Source: Alphaproteobacteria bacterium
GTDB taxonomy: Bacteria > Pseudomonadota > Alphaproteobacteria > JAUXUR01
DNA: 64,000 nucleotides
Reading direction: 5' to 3'
Assembly (NCBI GenBank): GCA_030680745.1
Contig: JAUXUR010000026.1
Coordinates: forward strand, 1,899 to 65,898
In this document: positions 48,385-57,316 of the stretch, piece after piece
How positions within the stretch are numbered: position 1 is the stretch's first letter
How the letters are laid out: the number at the start of each line of letters is the position of its first letter
The notes under the pieces: generated by a model
Told to the model about the DNA's origin: nothing
Databases searched by the model: none
Seen by the model: only the letters and a program-made list of their open reading frames with translations
Translations under genes and position numbers: made by a program

Positions 48385-48825
48385 TACATGAATTATTTCA
48401 TCATTATTGCGACGCAGCAACTTTCCTTTTTCGTCATTGCGAGGCACGAAGTGACGCGGCAATCTTTTTATCGTTGACATCGCGTGCCCCTTCTTATCCG
48501 TCATTGCGAGGGACGAAGTCCCGCGGCAATCTCTCTGCAACAATTAGATCGCCACACCCCCTGAAGGGGGTTCGCGATGACGATGTTGGTAGAGCGGGGG
48601 GTCGCGATGGCGATGTGAGACGGACTCGTCGTTGCGAGGCACAAAGTGCCGTGGCAATCGTTTCTCTCTCGTCATTTCGAGCCAATTACATTACCTCGTC
48701 ATTGCGAGGGACGAAGTCCCGTGGCAATCTAATGTACGCAAACGATCATTTAAGATTGCCACGCAGCTTCGCTGCTCGCAATGACGAAGTGGTCAGGATA
48801 AATCAACAAATAAACGGGCTATCCC
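48385..48825. repeat. Cluster of REP-like hairpin units (35-37 bp, CGTCATTGCGAGG-GAC-GAA-GTC-CCGCGGCAATC) in both orientations, filling the nuoE-nuoF spacer
   Basis: Plus-orientation units at 48431-48465, 48498-48533, 48625-48660 and 48694-48730. Inverted units at 48546-48582 and 48753-48789. Partial units at 48401-48421, 48597-48613 and 48668-48683. Confidence 0.85.
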
Positions 48826-50103
48826 ATGCTTCAAGATAAAGATCGTATTTTTCAAAATCTGTATGGTCTCCATGATTGGCGCATAAAAGCGGCTCAATCG
48901 CGTGGTGCTTGGGTAGGCACGAAAGATCTTATCCTTAAAGGTCGTGATTGGATCATTGATGAAATGAAAAAATCGGGTCTACGTGGTCGGGGTGGCGCTG
49001 GTTTTCCAACAGGCATGAAATGGTCTTTTATGCCCAAAACAGAAGGTCCTAAACCCCATTATCTGGTTGTAAATGCAGATGAAAGTGAGCCTGGCACGTG
49101 TAAAGATCGTGATATTTTACGTCATGATCCGCATTTATTACTCGAGGGCTGTCTTTTAGCGGGTTTTGCGATGGGGGCACACACAGCCTATATTTATATT
49201 CGTGGTGAATTTTATAACGAGGCGAGTAATGTAGCGCAAGCCATTCAAGAAGCTTATGCCAATAATATGATTGGTAAAAATGCGTGTGGTTCTGGCTGGG
49301 ATTTCGATATTCGTTTGCATCGCGGGGCAGGGGCTTATATTTGTGGTGAAGAAACAGCTTTGCTTGAAAGTCTGGAAGGTAATAAAGGCCAACCGCGCAT
49401 GAAACCCCCATTTCCAGCGGGTGTTGGGCTTTATGGTTGCCCTACAACGATTAATAATGTTGAAACAATTGCGTCCGCACCCGATATTTTAAAACGTGGT
49501 GGTGCGTGGTTTTCTTCTATGGGACGACCTAATAATGTGGGCACCAAGCTTTTTTGTATCTCGGGCCATGTGAACAAACCTTGTAATGTTGAAGAAGAAA
49601 TGGGGATTCCGTTGAAGGAGCTCATTGAAAAACATGCAGGTGGTGTGCGCGGTGGCTGGGATAATTTATTGGCTATTATTCCCGGTGGGTCATCTGTGCC
49701 GCTTTTGCCAAAATCAATTTGCGATACCGTTTTGATGGATTTTGATGCGTTACGTGAAGTCAAATCAGGCCTTGGGACAGCTGGCGTTATCGTCATGGAT
49801 AAATCAACTGATCTTATCAAAGCGATTGCGCGTCTGTCGAAATTTTACAAACATGAAAGCTGTGGACAATGTACGCCTTGCCGTGAAGGGACAGGCTGGA
49901 TGTGGCGTGTCATGGAACGGATGGTTAAAGGTAATGCCCGCCTTGAAGAAATTGATGAATTGTTAGAGGTCACAACGCAGGTTGAAGGACATACAATTTG
50001 TGCTTTGGGTGATGCGGCCGCATGGCCTATACAGGGTTTAATGCGTCACTTTAGATATGTGGTTGAGGATCGAATCAAAAATGCAGGCTCAAAAGCTGCT
50101 TGA
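48826..50103 (+). CDS. nuoF: NADH-quinone oxidoreductase subunit F
   Basis: [13 protein letters not shown] (FMN/NADH site) and [12 protein letters not shown] (N3 cluster). Confidence 0.95.
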   Translation: MLQDKDRIFQNLYGLHDWRIKAAQSRGAWVGTKDLILKGRDWIIDEMKKSGLRGRGGAGFPTGMKWSFMPKTEGPKPHYLVVNADESEPGTCKDRDILRHDPHLLLEGCLLAGFAMGAHTAYIYIRGEFYNEASNVAQAIQEAYANNMIGKNACGSGWDFDIRLHRGAGAYICGEETALLESLEGNKGQPRMKPPFPAGVGLYGCPTTINNVETIASAPDILKRGGAWFSSMGRPNNVGTKLFCISGHVNKPCNVEEEMGIPLKELIEKHAGGVRGGWDNLLAIIPGGSSVPLLPKSICDTVLMDFDALREVKSGLGTAGVIVMDKSTDLIKAIARLSKFYKHESCGQCTPCREGTGWMWRVMERMVKGNARLEEIDELLEVTTQVEGHTICALGDAAAWPIQGLMRHFRYVVEDRIKNAGSKAA

Positions 50104-50133
50104 AATCAATAGGGTAATGATATTTTTTGGTCA

Positions 50134-50257
50134 GTTACCCAAACTATTTCGAAGTGTGGGTAGGAAAATGAGTGGTGAGGCCAACGGAGTGTATTCTTCA
50201 ATCACGCGCATGGCGAATCCCGAATTTGACGACCTCCACAATTTGAAAGAGGAAGGG
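50134..50257 (+). repeat. ~123-bp palindromic-ended element, copy 3 (nuoF-nuoG spacer)
   Basis: GTTACCCAAACTATTTCGAAGTGTGGGTAGGAAAATGAGTGGTGAG...GCGAATCCCGAATTTGACGACCTCCACAATTTGAAAGAGGAAGGG. It ends 4 nt before the nuoG ATG. Confidence 0.8.
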
Positions 50258-50261
50258 TAAT

Positions 50262-52340
50262 ATGCCTAAATTAACGATTGATGGAACAGAGATTGAGGTC
50301 CAAGCTGGAACGACAGTTTTTCAGGCTTGCCAACAAGCAGGTGTTGAGGTACCTCATTTTTGTTTTCATGAGCGATTAGCGATTGCTGGTAATTGCCGTA
50401 TGTGTTTGGTGGAGCTTGAAAAAGCGCCGAAACCGATTGCTTCTTGTGCTTATCCCACGGCCGAGGGAATGGTTATTAAAACGAATACACCGATGGTTGA
50501 AAAAGCGCGTAAAGGCGTTATGGAATTTTTACTTATTAATCATCCACTTGATTGTCCAATTTGTGACCAAGGTGGCGAATGCGATTTGCAAGATGAAGCC
50601 ATGGCCTATGGTAAAGATCGCAGTCGCTACGAAGAAAACCGCCGTGCTGTGACTGACAAATATATGGGGCCACTCGTTAAAACAACGATGACGCGTTGCA
50701 TTCATTGCACACGTTGTGTGCGATTTATTACGGACGTTGCTGGTGTTGAAGAATTGGGTGCCACAGGTCGTGGCGAAAATATGGAAATCACCACTTATGT
50801 TGAAAAAGCATTAAGTTCAGAATTATCTGGTAATATCATTGATTTATGTCCCGTGGGTGCATTGACGTCTAAACCTTATGAATTTAAAGCTCGTTCTTGG
50901 GAACTTAAAAAGACTGAATCGATCGATGTTTTTGACGCGTTAGGCACTAATATTTGTATCAATACACGTGGGCCTGAAGTTATGCGCATTTTGCCGCGTT
51001 TGAATGAAGATATTAATGAAGAATGGATGGCTGATAAAGCCCGCTTCGCCTATGATGGTCTTAAAAGACAACGTTTGGATCGTCCTTATATCCGTCAAAA
51101 TGGTAAATTAAAAGAATGTTCGTGGGATGCGGCATTACAATTTGTTGCAACAAAAATTGAAACGGCAAAACCCAATGAAATGGCGGCCATTGCAGGCGAT
51201 TTATGCGATGTTGAATCCATGTTTGCGCTGAAAGAATTGATGCATGCGTTGGATGTTCAAAATCTTGATTGCCGTCAAGATGCAGCTTTTATTCCACATG
51301 ATACGCGTGCGCATTATTTATTTAATACCTCAATTGCTGGTATAGAAAAAGCTGATATCTGTTTGATTATAGGCGCGAATCTTCGTTGGGAAGCACCGTT
51401 ACTCAATGCGCGTTTACGCAAAACCTATCTTCAATCGAAATTAAAAGTTGGGATGATTGGTGAAGAACTCGATTTGACTTACCCTTATACCCAAATCGGC
51501 GCAGGGCCTGAAGCTATTGATGCATTGCTAAATAATACACATTCTTTTGCTGCATTATTAAAAAATGCGAAGAATCCAATGATTATTATCGGGTCGGCAT
51601 TGATGACGCGTGCTGATGCACCTGCTTTGTTCCAAAAAATTCAACAACTTATTGATACTTATGGGATTATTCGTGACGATTGGAATGGGTATAATCTGCT
51701 CCATAAAGCAGCGTCCCGCGTCGGTGGGTTAGATATTGGTTTTCTACCAACGAAGAGTGCAATGGGGACGGAGCAAATTATTGAGGCTGCTCAAAAAGGA
51801 AGTTTAAAACTTCTCTATTTACTGGGTGCTGATGAAATACGTGTGAAACCACACCCCAATTGTTGTGTTGTGTATCAAGGACATCATGGCGATATGGGTG
51901 CTCAAATCGCTGATGTTATTTTACCGGGTGCTGCTTATTCTGAAAAATCAGGAATGTATGTGAATATTGAAGGTCGTGCACAACGCGCTGAAATGGCGTT
52001 GTTTCCACCCCATTTGGCAAAAGAAGATTGGAAGATTATTAGGGCGATTTCAGGCGCGATCGGCAAAGCATTGCCTTATAATTCGCTTGAAGAATTGCGT
52101 TATGAATTGACTGAAAAATATCCACATTTTGGTCATATTGACCAGCTCGCTCAAAATAAATGGCAAAAAATTGACATTGCGTCATCGTCAAAAATTTCGG
52201 ATAAACCATTTTTGAATGTTATTCAAAATTATTATATGACTGATGTTATTTCGCGCGCATCCCTGACTATGGCGAAATGTACAAAAGATATTCTGAATAT
52301 TCAAGAACAACACGAAAATAAAAAGGTGGCCAATGCTTGA
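50262..52340 (+). CDS. nuoG: NADH-quinone oxidoreductase subunit G
   Basis: N-terminal 2Fe-2S/4Fe-4S Cys patterns ([37 protein letters not shown]). 692 aa. Confidence 0.95.
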   Translation: MPKLTIDGTEIEVQAGTTVFQACQQAGVEVPHFCFHERLAIAGNCRMCLVELEKAPKPIASCAYPTAEGMVIKTNTPMVEKARKGVMEFLLINHPLDCPICDQGGECDLQDEAMAYGKDRSRYEENRRAVTDKYMGPLVKTTMTRCIHCTRCVRFITDVAGVEELGATGRGENMEITTYVEKALSSELSGNIIDLCPVGALTSKPYEFKARSWELKKTESIDVFDALGTNICINTRGPEVMRILPRLNEDINEEWMADKARFAYDGLKRQRLDRPYIRQNGKLKECSWDAALQFVATKIETAKPNEMAAIAGDLCDVESMFALKELMHALDVQNLDCRQDAAFIPHDTRAHYLFNTSIAGIEKADICLIIGANLRWEAPLLNARLRKTYLQSKLKVGMIGEELDLTYPYTQIGAGPEAIDALLNNTHSFAALLKNAKNPMIIIGSALMTRADAPALFQKIQQLIDTYGIIRDDWNGYNLLHKAASRVGGLDIGFLPTKSAMGTEQIIEAAQKGSLKLLYLLGADEIRVKPHPNCCVVYQGHHGDMGAQIADVILPGAAYSEKSGMYVNIEGRAQRAEMALFPPHLAKEDWKIIRAISGAIGKALPYNSLEELRYELTEKYPHFGHIDQLAQNKWQKIDIASSSKISDKPFLNVIQNYYMTDVISRASLTMAKCTKDILNIQEQHENKKVANA

Positions 52341-53385
52341 ATTATGGACTCATTTTATTGCACCTGGGCTACAAATTCTGCTCTATATCATGTGCATTAT
52401 TGTGCCACTCATTTTATCAGTTGCGTATTTAACGTATGTTGAACGTAAAGTCATAGGCGCCATGCAATTACGAAAAGGGCCCAATGTTGTTGGACCTTTT
52501 GGATTATTGCAGCCTTTCGCCGATGCTTTTAAGTTGTTGTTTAAAGAGCCTATTATTCCGTCAGGATCAAGCAAGTTCTTGTTTTTACTGGCGCCTGTTT
52601 TAACCTTTTCGCTGAGTTTTGCGGCCTGGGCTGTGATTCCTTTTGAATCGGGCGTGGTTCTTGCGAATATTAATGTAGGTATCCTTTATCTTTTTGCGCT
52701 TTCATCCTTGGGCGTTTATGGCGTGATTATTGCCGGTTGGGCGAGTAATTCACGTTATGCTTTTTTAGGTGCGCTTCGTTCTGCAGCCCAAATGGTGTCT
52801 TATGAGGTCTCAATTGGTTTTGTGTTGGTCACTGTTTTATTGCTTTCTGGATCGCTCAATTTATCAGATGTGGTCATGGCGCAAAAAGGCCTATGGTTTT
52901 GTGTGCCTTTATTTCCTATGTTCGTCATTTTTATTGTGTCAGCACTTGCTGAAACGAATCGTTCGCCTTTTGATTTAGCGGAAGGTGAATCTGAAATTGT
53001 GGCAGGGTATTTCGTTGAATATTCATCCATGAGCTTTGCGCTGTTTTACTTGGGTGAATATGCCAATATGATCTTAATGAGCGCTATGGCCGCGTTATTA
53101 TTCTTAGGCGGTTGGTTGCCACCTATTGATATGGTGCCCTTTACATGGATTCCAGGCCCTATTTGGTTTTGTTTAAAAATCGCTTTTGTGCTTTTCATCT
53201 TTTTGTGGGTGAGGGCGACGTTCCCCCGTTATCGTTATGATCAATTGATGCGTTTGGGTTGGAAAGTCTTTTTACCTTTTTCGCTTGTTTGGGTTATTTT
53301 GACGGCTGGCTTTGTCGTTGTTAAAAATGAATTAAATTCAAGTGCTCCTAAAGTTCACGCCTTATCATCGAAGGAAACGTCATGA
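52333..53385 (+). CDS. nuoH: NADH-quinone oxidoreductase subunit H
   Basis: Polytopic membrane protein with ERK..G.MQ.R.GPN and AETNR.PFDL.E.ESE motifs. Overlaps the nuoG stop. Confidence 0.95.
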   Translation: MLELWTHFIAPGLQILLYIMCIIVPLILSVAYLTYVERKVIGAMQLRKGPNVVGPFGLLQPFADAFKLLFKEPIIPSGSSKFLFLLAPVLTFSLSFAAWAVIPFESGVVLANINVGILYLFALSSLGVYGVIIAGWASNSRYAFLGALRSAAQMVSYEVSIGFVLVTVLLLSGSLNLSDVVMAQKGLWFCVPLFPMFVIFIVSALAETNRSPFDLAEGESEIVAGYFVEYSSMSFALFYLGEYANMILMSAMAALLFLGGWLPPIDMVPFTWIPGPIWFCLKIAFVLFIFLWVRATFPRYRYDQLMRLGWKVFLPFSLVWVILTAGFVVVKNELNSSAPKVHALSSKETS

Positions 53386-53870
53386 AAAAATTGACGCGTA
53401 CACTTAAAAGTTTTTTGTTGGTTGAGCTCGCTTCAGGGCTTTGGCTGACACTGAAATATATGTTTAAGAAAAAAGTGACATTGAATTATCCTTTTGAAAA
53501 AGGACCCTTAAGCCCAAGATTTCGGGGTGAGCACGCATTAAGACGTTATGAAAATGGCGAGGAACGCTGTATTGCGTGTAAATTATGCGAAGCCGCCTGT
53601 CCCGCGCAAGCCATCACCATTGAAGCTGAAGCACGTGAAGATGGTAGCCGTCGTACAACGCGTTATGACATTGATATGACCAAATGTATTTATTGTGGCT
53701 ATTGCCAGGAAGCATGCCCCGTGGACGCCATTGTGCAAGGTCCTAATTTTGAATTTACAGTCGAAACGCGTGAAGAGCTTTTTTATGATAAGGATAAATT
53801 ACTCTCCAATGGTGATCGTTGGGAAGCTGAAATTCAACGTAATTTAGAGCAGGATGCGAAGTATAGGTAA
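53382..53870 (+). CDS. nuoI: NADH-quinone oxidoreductase subunit I
   Basis: Two CxxCxxCxxxCP ferredoxin motifs ([24 protein letters not shown]). ATGA overlap with nuoH. Confidence 0.95.
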   Translation: MKKLTRTLKSFLLVELASGLWLTLKYMFKKKVTLNYPFEKGPLSPRFRGEHALRRYENGEERCIACKLCEAACPAQAITIEAEAREDGSRRTTRYDIDMTKCIYCGYCQEACPVDAIVQGPNFEFTVETREELFYDKDKLLSNGDRWEAEIQRNLEQDAKYR

Positions 53871-53990
53871 TAAGCGTTGGCAATATACTGTATGCTTGCG
53901 TTATTCTAATTGTTTGTAACGTGAATTTGGAAATTTAAAAGCATCTACATTCAAGCACAACCATTTGAATTAAAAAGAAAAATAAAGAGG

Positions 53991-54113
53991 TCCGTCGTTG
54001 CGAACCCCCCACTTTTTTTTTAGGGGGGGGTGTGGCAATCCAGTCCTAAAATCAACTTTTATAAGGCTATTTTCTGGATTGCTTCTTCGCCTTCAGCTCA
54101 TCGCAACGACGGA
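53991..54113. repeat. Inverted pair of REP-like units downstream of nuoI
   Basis: TCCGTCGTTGCGAACCCCCCAC-T9-AGGGGGGGTGTGGCAATCCAG (53991-54042) faces CTGGATTGCTTCTTCGCCTTCAGCTCATCGCAACGACGGA (54074-54113). Same family as the nuoE-nuoF cluster. Confidence 0.75.
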
Positions 54114-54281
54114 AACCTTAGGTTTCCTAATGCAGGCATCATCGAGTTCGCCTTTATAATAAATGGTTCATGACTTTGAAAAAAGACCATTGTATATTCA
54201 AAGTTTCTTGATTATAACGCATTCTTAACATATTTTGAGCACTCAAAGCTCAAATTTGCAATAATTTTTTGGAAAATTACA

Positions 54282-56051
54282 ATGAAACAAATTATTGTTA
54301 TGCTGTTTTTTCTTATCGCAGGATTAGAAATTAGAAATAACCAAGTCTATGCAGCAGGAAATGAACAAGAGTCAGCAATTGTTGCTATAAATGAAGACCC
54401 CCAATCTGAATTAGTAGTGGCAGAAAAAACCCCAATCGATAAACTTTCGAGTATTTTTCGTATATCACAAAATACGAGACCATTTTTAACACCCACTGTT
54501 TCCAAAGATGAAATCTTTGAAATTTATCATGCAATTGCTAATTCATTTCAATATTTAACAACAGAAGATAAACCCTGGGATATACCGATTCCCGAATTAT
54601 ATTATTTAGGTATAGAGCTTGTTTATACAATAACTGCAAAAGATTACCGTAAAAGAGAGGCAATTCAAAAAGCAAAAAATTTCTTGGAAACGGCAAAAAA
54701 TGGGAATTTAATTACCTATCGTTGGTTTTTGAAATTTTCAGGGCTTTGTGCAGCGATTGCGACCATAGGCCGTCAGAAGATCGATCTTGAATCTGATTCA
54801 AATAATATTTATTCATATCAACAAGCTTTGATGAATGTATTTGTCGCATCGAATTACGACCCACAAGCTTATTTTGATGCAATTGATACAATTGGATCAC
54901 CAATCACCCATGAAATTGGGTCGCTCAATGCGATGGCTGAACTTTTTCCTGAAATAGTGATTCTACCTTATCCTTTTGATTTAAGCGATACTGATATTTT
55001 TTTGAATTTTCCAGGTAAAACAAAACATGTATGGTTTGCAGGTGTTGCAAATAAAGAAACTACAGCAGATGGTCAGAGAAAGGATCCTCATGATTTTTTC
55101 TATCATGACATACTTCATTTAGCTATTATAAGACAAGCTTTATCAACAAATAATATTGCTTTTTTTTATGCGCAATATTTACAATATGTAAAAGATTTTT
55201 CTTACGATTATTTTGAAAAAAATCAGCAAGAACGTGTTCAACTTTTTTTTGAAGCGTTAGAATTGACCCAAAATTTTTTGGAGGAATTTCTTAAAGATCC
55301 TAATCAGGGCGAAGATACAAAAAGAATGTATAGTTTTTTTAGCTTTGCAATTTTTCATGAATTTTCTATGAGTTTAATTGGCCGATTGCATTTAATAATA
55401 AATCCTGATGCTCTTTTGAATATTTTTAAAATAGCTATTAATCCTATGCTTTCTTCTGATTATTATGGACCGCTTCTTCCTGAAAAAATTAAAACAGCGT
55501 TAAAATTAGAAATTTTTCAACCTGTTGAGACATTGGCTGTAAATTTTTTGAATGATCTGCTTTCTTATACTAATGCACATCATTTTAGTTTATTTGAGGA
55601 GCTTAAAAAATATACTAAAAGGTCGTTTTTACCATTTCCTTTAATCAATTATTATGCTGTAGAAAATTTTATTGTTTGGAATCCATCAATTTATTATACC
55701 GACTATTTTGAAAAAACTGTTAAAAAACATTGTCAAGAAAATAATATATCTATTGGTGAAATGGATGCATTTACTTTTTTTTATAATCGTTTAAGTGAGT
55801 TTGATTCTGGTAATAAAATTCCAAGGACGATGGCATTTTTTTACAATTTTAAAGGAAATCCTTTCAAATTAGATTGGGAGCCAATCATTTATTCAATGGA
55901 TGTTTTTATACATAAGGATTTATCTTTTACTAAATCAAAAGAAGAGATTGCTCAAAAGTTCAAAAATGATTTGCCAGCAAGACAAGATGGTCATCCATTG
56001 CCCGTTTTGCGTTATTATGGCGCTGATATGGAACCCGTTATTGTTGAGTAG
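54282..56051 (+). CDS. Hypothetical exported 589-aa protein (orphan cargo gene)
   Basis: Signal peptide MKQIIVMLFFLIAGLEIRNNQVYA, AT-rich, no family recognised. Contains a His/Asp-rich motif DPHDFFYHDILH. Confidence 0.7.
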   Translation: MKQIIVMLFFLIAGLEIRNNQVYAAGNEQESAIVAINEDPQSELVVAEKTPIDKLSSIFRISQNTRPFLTPTVSKDEIFEIYHAIANSFQYLTTEDKPWDIPIPELYYLGIELVYTITAKDYRKREAIQKAKNFLETAKNGNLITYRWFLKFSGLCAAIATIGRQKIDLESDSNNIYSYQQALMNVFVASNYDPQAYFDAIDTIGSPITHEIGSLNAMAELFPEIVILPYPFDLSDTDIFLNFPGKTKHVWFAGVANKETTADGQRKDPHDFFYHDILHLAIIRQALSTNNIAFFYAQYLQYVKDFSYDYFEKNQQERVQLFFEALELTQNFLEEFLKDPNQGEDTKRMYSFFSFAIFHEFSMSLIGRLHLIINPDALLNIFKIAINPMLSSDYYGPLLPEKIKTALKLEIFQPVETLAVNFLNDLLSYTNAHHFSLFEELKKYTKRSFLPFPLINYYAVENFIVWNPSIYYTDYFEKTVKKHCQENNISIGEMDAFTFFYNRLSEFDSGNKIPRTMAFFYNFKGNPFKLDWEPIIYSMDVFIHKDLSFTKSKEEIAQKFKNDLPARQDGHPLPVLRYYGADMEPVIVE

Positions 56052-56065
56052 GCGCATTAGGTGAG

Positions 56066-56198
56066 GTGGTTCAACTTTAAATTCATTGTTGAAACACGTG
56101 AAGATCTTTTCTATGATAAGGATAAATTATTATCCAATGGCGATCGTTGGGAAGCTGAAATTCAACGTAATTTAGAACAAGATACTAAGTATAGTTAG
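56066..56198 (+). pseudogene. nuoI: Displaced copy of the last ~130 nt of nuoI (fragment 1)
   Basis: Aligns to 53739-53870. Translation ...[35 protein letters not shown] versus nuoI ...[35 protein letters not shown]. No 5' part and no start codon. Confidence 0.85.
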
Positions 56199-56302
56199 AT
56201 ATTTATTTAAATGTAGGGTATTTTTATTGACTTAATTTTAAATATAATATAAATTTCATTTTTCGTAAAGTATGTTTATGTAAACAAATATGGAGATTAA
56301 AA

Positions 56303-56602
56303 ATGTTAAAATTAATAAGATTGTCGTTTTTACTTATGGTGTTGTTTTCAACATCTAGTCAAGCTGACGTTTTTTGCTATGTTAAATATAATTCAACATT
56401 TTATGGTGTTCAGGTGGATGAATCAGAGAAGACTATTGCTGATTTAAAGGTGAAAATAGCTGAACGTTTAGGTATAAATGTTGAAGATTTTGATCTTTGT
56501 GATAATGGCAGTACTACTCGCCCTGACAAAATGTTCAATGACAATGATTCAATGCATGATATTAGGCTAGCTACTAGAATAACAGTAAGACTAAGGAAAT
56601 AA
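56303..56602 (+). CDS. Small secreted protein with a ubiquitin-like (beta-grasp) sequence pattern
   Basis: Signal peptide [21 protein letters not shown] and GGAGA RBS. The 77-aa mature part aligns by eye with ubiquitin (YVK / [19 protein letters not shown] / ITVRLRK versus FVK / [22 protein letters not shown] / LHLVLRLRGG). Confidence 0.6.
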   Translation: MLKLIRLSFLLMVLFSTSSQADVFCYVKYNSTFYGVQVDESEKTIADLKVKIAERLGINVEDFDLCDNGSTTRPDKMFNDNDSMHDIRLATRITVRLRK

Positions 56603-56690
56603 TCTTTCAATTGCAATGTTGACGTTTAAGTCCGTCCTTTTAAGGGGGGCGGACAAACAAAACATAAATAAGATAAATAAATATCAGCTG

Positions 56691-56941
56691 ATTGAAGCCG
56701 AAGCACGTGAAGACGTTTGTCATCGTACAACGTGTTATGGCATTGATATGACAAAATGTATTTATTGTAGCTATTGCCAAGAAGCTTGTTCCGTTGATGC
56801 CATTGTTGAAGGTCCAAATTTGAATTTATGCTTGAAACCCCCGAAGTGTTTTTTTATGATAAGCATAAATTATTATCCAATGGCGATCGCTGGGAAGCTG
56901 AAATTCACCATAATTTAGAACAGAATGCGAAGTATAAATAG
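56691..56941 (+). pseudogene. nuoI: Displaced, frameshifted copy of the last ~240 nt of nuoI (fragment 2)
   Basis: Aligns to 53629-53870. [43 protein letters not shown]..., then indels. The tail ...GDRWEAEI is recoverable only in another frame. Ends at TAG, as the parent ends at TAA. Confidence 0.85.
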
Positions 56942-57002
56942 TTCTTTTAAATTGTTGAATTTATGTCTAGAATAAAGTACTAAAATCTAAGGGTTGTAAA
57001 AA

Positions 57003-57308
57003 ATGCATAAAAAAACTATAGTAAATACAACAAAATCTCCTATGAAATATCGCGGAAATATTGTTTTATTGGTGTTGTTTTTGATTTTGTGGTTTCCAAT
57101 AGCCTTGGTGCTTCTTTTTAAAAATGCATATATTCCCAAGAAAAATAAAATTATTTATTTATCATATCATGGAAATTATATTTGGCTCTTTTTTTGGGCT
57201 ATTTTTTTCTTTCCAATTGCAATGATTTTAATTTTTATTATTGGATTTGATCAAGTGGAAGAGGAATTTTATGAGTCTGTTGAACATACTACTGTTCATA
57301 GAGAGTAA
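57003..57308 (+). CDS. Small membrane protein (two TM helices)
   Basis: 101 aa with two long hydrophobic segments (IVLLVLFLILWFPIALVLLF, IWLFFWAIFFFPIAMILIFIIGF). No family recognised. Confidence 0.5.
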   Translation: MHKKTIVNTTKSPMKYRGNIVLLVLFLILWFPIALVLLFKNAYIPKKNKIIYLSYHGNYIWLFFWAIFFFPIAMILIFIIGFDQVEEEFYESVEHTTVHRE

Positions 57309-57316
57309 ATTTAAAA

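Noticed and set aside
48385-48825. Possible CRISPR array (regularly recurring ~36-bp units)
   Set aside because: The units occur in both orientations, spacing is irregular (from about 30 to over 60 nt with partial units), each unit is itself a hairpin of REP type, and no cas genes or leader are present.
48366-48839. 157-aa ORF spanning the nuoE-nuoF spacer
   Set aside because: It is a read-through of the REP-like repeat array. The peptide is a concatenation of unit translations (HCEARSDAAIF, SLRGTKSRGNL twice, RCEAQSAVAIV). It has no RBS and overlaps the nuoE end and the nuoF start.
50226-50231. TTGACG inside the ~123-bp element as an internal promoter -35 box
   Set aside because: No acceptable -10 hexamer occurs at 16-18 nt in any of the three copies. 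The nearest TAATAT is 26 nt away and overlaps the start codon.
56616-56918. 100-aa ORF that looks like a small ferredoxin
   Set aside because: It is the reading frame of the degraded nuoI 3' copy. It lacks the first Fe-S motif and loses homology at an indel. The real nuoI tail continues in another frame.
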